The position numbers and the translations under genes were made by a program. Of a DNA stretch of 17,701 nucleotides, positions 1-7,178 are shown piece by piece. The first letter of the stretch is position 1, and every line of letters begins with the position of its first letter. The notes under the pieces are model-generated. The model was not told the DNA's origin. It saw nothing but the letters and a program-made list of their open reading frames with translations, and made no database searches. The stretch comes from Fibrobacterales bacterium. Its GTDB lineage: Bacteria; Fibrobacterota; Fibrobacteria; Fibrobacterales; JAOPTW01. The DNA is taken from the NCBI GenBank assembly GCA_051532035.1, contig JAOPTW010000058.1:1-17701 (forward strand), in the 5' to 3' direction.

Positions 1-2
1 AT

Positions 3-1019
3 TCAAAAAATGCATATAATGTTCAGTTGCACGGTTTGAAAGAAAAAAAGCATCATGTTAGTTTTCCCTCACTCTCTGATCCTACAGAATTTGTTTTTGG
101 AATAGAGGACCTTCGAAATGGTGAATCTGATGAAGACTATAATGATCTTATTCTGATAATCGATGATATTGATGAATCAACTGTGTGTGATTATCTCAAT
201 GATTCTTCATGTTTTAACTGTAGTGAATTACCATATAATAAAAGTTCACGACTCGCCTTTGAAGATCAATACCCAGAGTATGGGGACTTTGATTATAATG
301 ATGTCGTCGTTGATATTGATTATACGATAGTTGCACAGCAATGTAATGTTTTGGGAGTGCCAATCTATGACGCGAGTTATGGGGTTAATTATGCGCCTCA
401 GCTACTCTATGGATCAGTAGCGGTAACACCTGTGGCGAATGGCGCCCTGTATTCTCTCGGTTTTGCAGTAGCATTGAGCAGTGACTACGCAAATGCAGAG
501 GTGACTGTTGATGGTGCTTCATCGAAAGTAGAGCGAGTTGATGGTGAGTCTATAATTGAATTTTTTGATTTTATGAGGGATGAATTTACGCCTCAACCAT
601 CGACTATTTTTGTGAATACAGACCCAATAGCAGGAAATACAAATGCGCCAGCATATGCACCCAAATCGACTCTGAGGGCAAACATACTTTTTAATCAAGG
701 TACCGCAATTCCTGAGAAAAAACTTTCAATATTTAATCCATTTATATTTTTCACGGATAATGTACAGCGTGAAATACATATGAGAAATGGTGTATTGAGT
801 GCACGAGGCGTTGCTCAAAATATTGTAGGTTCACCTGCAGAGGGACACCCGTACGAGGATGATAATGGGATTCCTTGGGCTATTGAGATTAATCAGGCTA
901 CACAGTATCCCGTTGAATTTCAAGATTTTGTTGGTGCGTATCCTAATTACTCTAAATGGGCTTTCGATGGAACCCATAAAGGGTGGGCCAATAAAGGAAT
1001 TCCATCCGTATTATACTAG
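3..1019 (+). CDS. LruC-domain/DUF4842-like exported protein with preceding DUF4114-like motif (5'-truncated by window edge)
   Basis: The frame is open from position 3 (tca aaa aat gca tat aat gtt cag ttg), so the true start lies outside the window. Motifs: FGIEDLRNGESDEDYNDLI (DUF4114-like), then LAFEDQYPEYGDFDYNDVVV, FNPFIF, REIH, GIPWAIEI and YPVEFQDFVGAYPNYSKWA, typical of LruC/DUF4842 C-terminal domains. Confidence 0.8.
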   Translation, partial: SKNAYNVQLHGLKEKKHHVSFPSLSDPTEFVFGIEDLRNGESDEDYNDLILIIDDIDESTVCDYLNDSSCFNCSELPYNKSSRLAFEDQYPEYGDFDYNDVVVDIDYTIVAQQCNVLGVPIYDASYGVNYAPQLLYGSVAVTPVANGALYSLGFAVALSSDYANAEVTVDGASSKVERVDGESIIEFFDFMRDEFTPQPSTIFVNTDPIAGNTNAPAYAPKSTLRANILFNQGTAIPEKKLSIFNPFIFFTDNVQREIHMRNGVLSARGVAQNIVGSPAEGHPYEDDNGIPWAIEINQATQYPVEFQDFVGAYPNYSKWAFDGTHKGWANKGIPSVLY

Positions 1020-1039
1020 GATTAGAACGTTAGGGGAAT

Positions 1040-1074
1040 TCAGCTGAGTACTGCTTGAGAGACATCTCAGTTGA
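1040..1074. repeat. Imperfect inverted repeat (hairpin) between convergent genes
   Basis: TCAGCTGAG (1040-1048) pairs with CTCAGTTGA (1066-1074), with one G-U pair on the + strand. Confidence 0.5.
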
Positions 1075-1076
1075 TA

Positions 1077-1119
1077 TTTAGTTTTTGTTACACACGAGCA
1101 GACTGTAACAAAAACTAAA
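1077..1119. repeat. Perfect 16-bp inverted repeat at convergent gene ends
   Basis: TTTAGTTTTTGTTACA (1077-1092), 11-nt loop, TGTAACAAAAACTAAA (1104-1119). It overlaps the stop codon of the minus-strand isomerase gene. Confidence 0.85.
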
Positions 1120-2242
1120 GTCCTAACGATTTTAAGAAGTTCATGTTTGTCTCAATAGTTGCATGAGGGTTGAGTGTGTGATCATGCTCAATAAAATATA
1201 ACTGGTTAGGATGAGATAACAGTTCCGGTAATATTGTTTCATAATCGACATTTCCTTCACCCAAATCAAGTACAATTTCAGCACCTGGCGCATCTAAATC
1301 TTTTAAATGAAAAAGAGGGAATCGTTCAGGATTCATTCTGTAATATTTTAGCGGATCTATCCCTGACTTATAGGCCCATGCAATGTCAATTTGAAAAGAG
1401 ACAAGGCTTGAGTCAGTATTGTTGAGTAAAACCTCATAGGGTATTTTCCCATTAATGGGCTCAAATTCAAATTCATGATTGTGGTAGACCATTGTTAAAT
1501 CATACTGTTTGAGTGTAGCTCCCCATTCATTGAGTTTTTGGGCGAGTGATTTGTATTGTGCAATAGTTTCGCGTTCATCAGGGGCGAGCCATGCTAACAC
1601 TAAGTATTGCGCTTTTAAGGTAAGGGCACGTTCAATAAGCTGGGGAAGGCTGTCTCTGAGAGGTTCTGTGAGGTGGTGCGTACTCATGAAGTCGACCCCA
1701 ATCTCTTGACCCCATGCAAACAGTGTGTCTGCGGAGTATCCATAATATCCTGCGAGCTCTATCTGATCATATCCTGCGCTTTTTATAAATTGTAGCGTCT
1801 CTTTGAATTTGGTGTCGAGGTCATCGCGAAAGGTGTACATTTGAACGCCCCATTGGTTTTCTGAAGAGAGTATTTCAGAACTTGATGATTCAGGGAGTGT
1901 CTCAGATGATGATACAGAATTCGATGATTCTGCTTGTTCTGATGATAGGGTGGTCGGATTCGAATAGTGTGAAGACGAAAGGTCAGTTGTTGAACTTATA
2001 AATCTGGCATTACTCGAACGTTCAAGAGTCGTTGATGAAGATATTTCCATTGTTCGATTGTCACTTGACTCCTGGTATTCAGATGAAAATATATCCAATG
2101 AACTATCTATTTCTACCGGTGAACTATTGCTTGTTGTGTCACTTGACTGAGGATCTTCGGTATTGAATTGTTGAGTGCAATTCAGAAAAAGAGTTGATAG
2201 AGTTGCAATGCATGCGATGGTTCGAAATGTATTGTGTTTCAA
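1115..2242 (-). CDS. Lipoprotein sugar phosphate isomerase/epimerase (xylose-isomerase-like TIM barrel) with Ser-rich linker
   Basis: TTG start with AAGGGG RBS; signal peptide ending LFLNC; ~105-aa Ser/Thr-rich linker. Catalytic-domain motifs: GVQMYTFRD, GYDQIELAG, YHNHEFEF, FQIDIAW, FHLKD, LGEGNVDY, FIEHD. Confidence 0.88.
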   Translation of the reverse strand: MKHNTFRTIACIATLSTLFLNCTQQFNTEDPQSSDTTSNSSPVEIDSSLDIFSSEYQESSDNRTMEISSSTTLERSSNARFISSTTDLSSSHYSNPTTLSSEQAESSNSVSSSETLPESSSSEILSSENQWGVQMYTFRDDLDTKFKETLQFIKSAGYDQIELAGYYGYSADTLFAWGQEIGVDFMSTHHLTEPLRDSLPQLIERALTLKAQYLVLAWLAPDERETIAQYKSLAQKLNEWGATLKQYDLTMVYHNHEFEFEPINGKIPYEVLLNNTDSSLVSFQIDIAWAYKSGIDPLKYYRMNPERFPLFHLKDLDAPGAEIVLDLGEGNVDYETILPELLSHPNQLYFIEHDHTLNPHATIETNMNFLKSLGL

Positions 2243-2374
2243 ATGGTGTGCCCCTTATTATTACCGAATTAAAAATACCTTATGTATGTGGTTAATCAAC
2301 TACTATCTATGACGATGGTTGGTTTGTTCGTGACAGTATAGGTATTTGAGCAACAGACTATACTGTTATCAAAC

Positions 2375-2402
2375 TTTTTCATTTGCGAATGCCATGAGTA
2401 CA
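2375..2402 (-). promoter_or_regulatory. Conserved direct-repeat operator, copy 1
   Basis: Minus strand reads TGTACTCA TGG CATTCGCA AAT GAAAAA, matching the copies at 2502, 4757, 7061, 9740 and 14098. Confidence 0.75.
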
Positions 2403-2501
2403 ACATTTAAAGTATGGCATAATTGGCTGTAGAGTCTGATAAATAAGACTTTGTTTGCAAGTTCCACTGCCTAGAGGTATGTGGTGAAAGGGTTATAGCC
2501 T

Positions 2502-2529
2502 TTTTACATTTGCGAACAATTCTGGTACA
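2502..2529 (-). promoter_or_regulatory. Conserved direct-repeat operator, copy 2
   Basis: Minus strand reads TGTACCAG AAT TGTTCGCA AAT GTAAAA. Confidence 0.75.
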
Positions 2530-2577
2530 CTATTTGTTATTACTTTTTTATTACAACTTTAAAAGAGTGAGGACTCG

Positions 2578-4665
2578 ATGATTAAATACATAATATTAAT
2601 ACTTACTAGTTTCATGTTTACTTTGATTGGGTGTAATCCCTTTGGATCAAATACTATAAATGAAGTTTCTTATGATGATGAATCAAAAGGGGTTCAGGTG
2701 ATTTCCACTATTGATTCAGTAACACAGTGTGATTCACTGGTAACTGGTCAAACATTTTATGTGATAGAAAATAAGAAGTTTTTACTCTGTGATGGCGAAG
2801 AGTATATAGTGTTAGTTGCAAATGATGATAGTACAATAAAACAGGGGTTACCTGGAAATGAAGGAATACCGGGGAGAGAAGGAAACCCTGGTGAGCAAGG
2901 ATCTCAAGGCATTGCTGGCTTAAATGGAAAAAACGGTACTTCTTGTAGTACTCTCCCAATTGACGTTGGAGTCGAAATTGTGTGTGGTGATGTTATAGAT
3001 ACATTAGTTCACGGAGCTAATGGTGTTGTCGGTGAAAATGGTGCCGCTGGAGAGAATGGTGCTGATGGTGCTGATGGTGCTGATGGTGCTGATGGTACTG
3101 ATGGTACTGATGGTACTGATGGTACTGATGGTACTGATGGTGCTGATGGTACTGATGGTACTGATGGTGCTAAAGGAGAGCAAGGTGAAAAAGGGCCGTC
3201 CGGCGGAATAGATGGAAAAGATGGAAAAGATGGTGAAGAAGGGGCTCAAGGTCCTGCAGGTCCACAAGGACCTCAGGGGGAAAACGGTATTGATGGAAAT
3301 AACCCGGATATGTATAATAAATTTTTGATGGAATCGACAGCAGCCGATCTCGATGCATGTTCTGGTTTTGGTACGGTTATTCGTACTGGATTTGATGTAA
3401 ATGAAAATGGCATACTTGATGATATTGAAATTTCTGATAGTACAACCATGTGTAATGAAAGTCTGGTATGGGATGGGGATTTTGTGATTGATGACTCTAC
3501 TGATTTAAATCTCATAAAAGGATATAATAAGATAAATGGTGATCTAAGAATTAAAGAGTTTGTGACGCTGAAAAATTTAAAATTTTTATCTCATATAAAA
3601 GAGGTAACAGGCAAAGTTAATATTTCATTGAATAAGTCATTAAGTTCTTTATCGGGATTACAATCACTCTATTCTATTGGAGAGTCTCTCATTATAAAGA
3701 ACAATCCAAATCTTAAAAATTTAAATGGATTATCGAATCTTAAATACCTAGGGGAATCATTGGTTATAAGAGAAAATATAAAACTTTCATCAATAGATGC
3801 TCTCTCTCACTTAACGATCATTCATGGTGATTTGTCTGTGGTTAAAAATCATTCGATATTAAATATGGAAGGCCTAGAAAAATTAACAGATATAGATGGC
3901 GGTATTGTTATTGATAGTAATAATGGTATGGTGTCACTTAAAGGACTTGAAGGTGTAGAACGTATTGATGATCTACTCCAAGTTTCGAATAACAAAGCCC
4001 TAAAAACAATAGATGCTTTTGATAAGTTAAGTTCGAACGTAGGGACAATTGAAATTAAGAATAATATTATACTTAAGGATGCCGGTGCCTTTACAGCTCT
4101 AACTAATGTTGGTAATCTTAAACTTTCGGGTACACCACAATTAAATCTTGATTGCTTTTCAAATCTCAAAACTGTTGATACTACAGTCATTGTGTCTGGG
4201 GTATATAGTCCATTTACCTTCAATGCTTTTAATAGCCTAGAGAGTATTGGGGGGGATTTGAAAATTATTAATCTAAAAAATGTCGAATTATTTGAATCAT
4301 TTTCAACTCTTACACAAGTGGGGGGAGATTTGATGATAATAGGAAGTAATAAATTAAAAGATATACATGGTTTTGAGGAGCTTACAGATGTTGGTGGTTC
4401 ATTGCGTGTACGTGATAATAAAGCCCTTATGAATATTGATAGTTTTGTTCAGTTGATAACTATAGGTGAAGTGTTTAATTTAGAGAACAATGCTCTGTTA
4501 ACTTCAGTTGATGGCTATGCAACACTTACTACAGTTGGTACTGCTGTAAGAGTGGTAAATAATACAACATTGATGCGCTGTAATATTGATGTAATAATGG
4601 ATCAATTAATTGGTTTTAATGGGAGTACAGATATAAATCATAATGGAGGACCTTGTAACCCGTAA
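2578..4665 (+). CDS. Collagen-like surface lipoprotein with C-terminal receptor L-domain (leucine-rich beta-solenoid) repeats
   Basis: GAGGA RBS; lipobox LIGC; two Gly-X-Y collagen tracts; a CSGFGTVIRTGFDVNENGILDDIE...CN module; then many ~25-aa repeats of the type LxGLxxLxxIGxxLxIxxNxxL. Confidence 0.88.
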   Translation: MIKYIILILTSFMFTLIGCNPFGSNTINEVSYDDESKGVQVISTIDSVTQCDSLVTGQTFYVIENKKFLLCDGEEYIVLVANDDSTIKQGLPGNEGIPGREGNPGEQGSQGIAGLNGKNGTSCSTLPIDVGVEIVCGDVIDTLVHGANGVVGENGAAGENGADGADGADGADGTDGTDGTDGTDGTDGADGTDGTDGAKGEQGEKGPSGGIDGKDGKDGEEGAQGPAGPQGPQGENGIDGNNPDMYNKFLMESTAADLDACSGFGTVIRTGFDVNENGILDDIEISDSTTMCNESLVWDGDFVIDDSTDLNLIKGYNKINGDLRIKEFVTLKNLKFLSHIKEVTGKVNISLNKSLSSLSGLQSLYSIGESLIIKNNPNLKNLNGLSNLKYLGESLVIRENIKLSSIDALSHLTIIHGDLSVVKNHSILNMEGLEKLTDIDGGIVIDSNNGMVSLKGLEGVERIDDLLQVSNNKALKTIDAFDKLSSNVGTIEIKNNIILKDAGAFTALTNVGNLKLSGTPQLNLDCFSNLKTVDTTVIVSGVYSPFTFNAFNSLESIGGDLKIINLKNVELFESFSTLTQVGGDLMIIGSNKLKDIHGFEELTDVGGSLRVRDNKALMNIDSFVQLITIGEVFNLENNALLTSVDGYATLTTVGTAVRVVNNTTLMRCNIDVIMDQLIGFNGSTDINHNGGPCNP
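3058..3171 (+). repeat. Intragenic 9-bp tandem repeat (GGTRCTGAT)x12 plus a partial unit, encoding GAD/GTD collagen triplets
   Basis: Directly visible: 4x GGTGCTGAT, 5x GGTACTGAT, 1x GGTGCTGAT, 2x GGTACTGAT, then GGTGCT. Confidence 0.97.
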
Positions 4666-4697
4666 GTAAACCGATTAGAAGCAGTATAGATCGTTTT

Positions 4698-4733
4698 AAA
4701 AAAGCAGAAGCTCTTGTGGGCTTCTGCTTTTTT
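4698..4733 (+). terminator. Rho-independent terminator
   Basis: AAAAAAGCAGAAGCTC-ttgt-GGGCTTCTGCTTTTTT hairpin with T tract, 33 bp after the collagen gene stop. Confidence 0.92.
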
Positions 4734-4756
4734 GTTTTCTAATGATCTGTAAATTA

Positions 4757-4784
4757 TGTACTCATTTTATTCGCAAGTGTAAAA
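4757..4784 (+). promoter_or_regulatory. Conserved direct-repeat operator, copy 3 (TATATT at 4832-4837)
   Basis: TGTACTCA TTT TATTCGCA AGT GTAAAA; 25/28 identical to the copy at 7061; 47-nt gap to TATATT. Confidence 0.8.
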
Positions 4785-4865
4785 GGTTTTTAGTATAAGG
4801 TTGCTACTACTCTTGCCTTAATTTTTGAACCTATATTTAAAATTCAAATAATATTGAGGGAGTCT

Positions 4866-6509
4866 ATGCTACTAAGAAGAATGCAGTCCATACAAATGCT
4901 ATTAAAATTAGGGGTAGTTTCACTACTTCTTGTAGCGTGTGATGCTGCAACAGAGGTTTCTCAGGATAGTGATAGTTCTTCTACCATTAGTTCTAATGGA
5001 GCTGCGAATACTGATAGTGAATCAAGTGCAGATCTTGTAGAGAAAAATAGTTCATCAAATGAATCTCTTGATGGTTCTGCGAGCTCAGTATCAAAGCAAT
5101 CTGTCCCTATGAGTAGCGAACAACCTGAATCGGTAGATAGTTCAGTGAACTTAGATAGTAATGATGACTCTTCTGATGAAGTGGTCGAAGAGAGTCAAGA
5201 TGAAAGTACCTTATTGAGGACTGAGAATAAGGAACGAGAGCAACTGGATGGGGAAGTACTTCTTTCTACAGATGACTGGCGGGATTCCACGCGATTTGTG
5301 TTTCATCCTGATTCGCTCTATACTTATGAGCTCCTCATTGACGAATCAGATTTGGCTTTTCTCGACATAGAACCACAGCGAGAGGAGTATGTTCCCGCTG
5401 CTATTATATTTCAAGGCGATACGGTGGATAATGTTTTAGTTCGCTATAAAGGCTCTAAGGGGGCGTGGACTCCTTGTGGTGAGGGACAAAAATCGTGTAA
5501 CCTCTCCACCAAAGTTAAATTTAATACTGATGGTCATAAAGACCGGCTTTTTTATGGTCTTAAAAAATTACAATTTCACTCTATGAATCACAGTCCTTCT
5601 CATTTGTCTGAGCGCTTTGCTTATTGGGCTTACAGACAGATGGGAGGGGCTGCTTCACGTACTGCCTATGCGCGTCTTCTGGTAAATGGAGAGTTAGAAG
5701 GGCTCTTTTTAATTGTGGAACAGATTGATGGACGTTTTACTCGCTATCATCTAAATGATTCTAAAGGGAATGTGTATAAGCATTATTGGCCACTCAAAGA
5801 TAGTAGTGCGAGTACTGCTGATTCTCTCACTGCACATCTTGAGACCAATGAAGAAGAAGCTGATCATACCGTTGTAACAGCATTTGAAAATGAGCTTATT
5901 GATGCAGGTATGGGCAAAAACAATTTGGCGGCAGTTCTCAAAAAGTGGGATATGGCCGGGATGATAGCACGACAAGTTGTTACGGCAAATGCGGTCTACG
6001 ATTGGGATGGCCCGTATATGGGGGCCTGGGATAGTGGTCATAATACCTATTGGGCTGTGTTGCCCGAATCTGAAAAATTTATAATGATACCATGGGATAT
6101 GGATATGCCTGAATTTCCAGGGTATATGATTGGTTTTGTCACTCAGTATTCTCTATGGGGTGGGAAAGGAGGATACCCTGGGTGCCCCGATAAAACAACA
6201 GCCCTTTTTTCAAAAGCCTGGTTTTGTTTTCCTGAAGAGTATAAAAAAGCATTTGTGGATTTAGAAAATAATGTATTGAATAAAAGAGATAAGATATTAA
6301 CTCAGTGGACAGCCCAGATTCGTCCGGTTATGGAAGAAATTGCAGAAACGTTTAAAATAGGGACTTCTGATACATATCCCTCTTCAACGGGTTATCCGCG
6401 CTACGCTCAGAAGATACGTCATTGGGAAGATGCTATTGACCTGTATACTGAGATACTTGATGCACGAGAAAATGATATCAATACGATGAAAAAGTCTTTA
6501 GGGTTATAG
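4866..6509 (+). CDS. CotH-family kinase lipoprotein (paralog 1)
   Basis: ATG 4866 follows GAGGGAG and is preferred over TTG 4854. Lipobox LVAC, Ser-rich linker, CotH motifs VRYKGS, KVKFN, FYGLKKLQF, LSERFAY, GLFLIVEQID, GNVYK, HNTY, IPWDMD. Confidence 0.88.
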   Translation: MLLRRMQSIQMLLKLGVVSLLLVACDAATEVSQDSDSSSTISSNGAANTDSESSADLVEKNSSSNESLDGSASSVSKQSVPMSSEQPESVDSSVNLDSNDDSSDEVVEESQDESTLLRTENKEREQLDGEVLLSTDDWRDSTRFVFHPDSLYTYELLIDESDLAFLDIEPQREEYVPAAIIFQGDTVDNVLVRYKGSKGAWTPCGEGQKSCNLSTKVKFNTDGHKDRLFYGLKKLQFHSMNHSPSHLSERFAYWAYRQMGGAASRTAYARLLVNGELEGLFLIVEQIDGRFTRYHLNDSKGNVYKHYWPLKDSSASTADSLTAHLETNEEEADHTVVTAFENELIDAGMGKNNLAAVLKKWDMAGMIARQVVTANAVYDWDGPYMGAWDSGHNTYWAVLPESEKFIMIPWDMDMPEFPGYMIGFVTQYSLWGGKGGYPGCPDKTTALFSKAWFCFPEEYKKAFVDLENNVLNKRDKILTQWTAQIRPVMEEIAETFKIGTSDTYPSSTGYPRYAQKIRHWEDAIDLYTEILDARENDINTMKKSLGL

Positions 6510-6577
6510 GGCCTAGTTTAATCTAATGATTTAAAAAGGTAAGAGGTTATGAATCACAATAAGAATATGGAGTGTGT

Positions 6578-6922
6578 ATGAATGCGATGTTAGGTGTAGT
6601 TCTTGTAGGATTGACTTTTTTTATGGCTGGGTGTGCCCCAAGTGTTAGTGTAAGGAAAACGAGTGAGACAGGTTTTGTTATTACTTGCTCTCCTAGTAAG
6701 TATGATTGTAGAGTAAAAGCTGCAGAGATTTGTGGTGAGGATAATTATGAAATATCCAATGTTTTTACAGTATATTGTCAGCAAAACCCAAATATGAATT
6801 CGGGGTTTAGCTCAATGAATACTGTTCATGCTGGACCGTCAGACAAATGTACTTATGATATGACTATTGAATGCCACGATTCAAGAGATATGCCATTACT
6901 ACAAACCGATGAGAACCAATAG
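6578..6922 (+). CDS. Small Cys-rich hypothetical lipoprotein
   Basis: GGAG RBS before ATG 6578; hydrophobic signal ending MAGC; mature region has six further Cys (ITC...DCRVKAAEICG...C...C...IEC). Confidence 0.75.
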   Translation: MNAMLGVVLVGLTFFMAGCAPSVSVRKTSETGFVITCSPSKYDCRVKAAEICGEDNYEISNVFTVYCQQNPNMNSGFSSMNTVHAGPSDKCTYDMTIECHDSRDMPLLQTDENQ

Positions 6923-7060
6923 TAACGGCTCTAAAATACCAGGTTTCTTTGGGGGATAGGTATTTTTGCGAAGTTTGATGTGTATGAGGCACTATTGGTT
7001 GTATTTGTGGGAATTGATATACCGTTGTACTCAAAAAAAACCTAATTAAATCCTGTTTGT

Positions 7061-7088
7061 TGTACTCATTTTGTTCGCAAAGGTAAAA
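7061..7088 (+). promoter_or_regulatory. Conserved direct-repeat operator, copy 4 (TATATT at 7136-7141)
   Basis: TGTACTCA TTT TGTTCGCA AAG GTAAAA; 47-nt gap to TATATT; extra TGTACTCA half-sites at 7026-7033 and 7113-7120. Confidence 0.8.
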
Positions 7089-7178
7089 TAGGGTCAATAA
7101 AGAGGGTTTTGCTGTACTCATTAATTGTATTGATATATATTGGTGTGACTAAAGGTAGATGACACAGGGGGCACAATC

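Noticed and set aside
2522..2538. Sigma-54 promoter (CTGGTACACTATTTGTT)
   Set aside because: The -12 position is GT rather than the invariant GC, and the sequence is better explained as part of operator copy 2.
3058..3171. CRISPR array
   Set aside because: Contiguous 9-bp units without spacers, in frame within a CDS, and no cas genes.
3004..3267. Alternative-frame ORFs with STI/MVL repeats
   Set aside because: They are shadows of the 9-bp collagen repeat, which has no stop codons in those frames.
6933..6967. Terminator after the small lipoprotein gene (AAAATACC/GGTATTTT)
   Set aside because: Weak AT-rich stem with an 18-nt loop; possible but not confidently supported.
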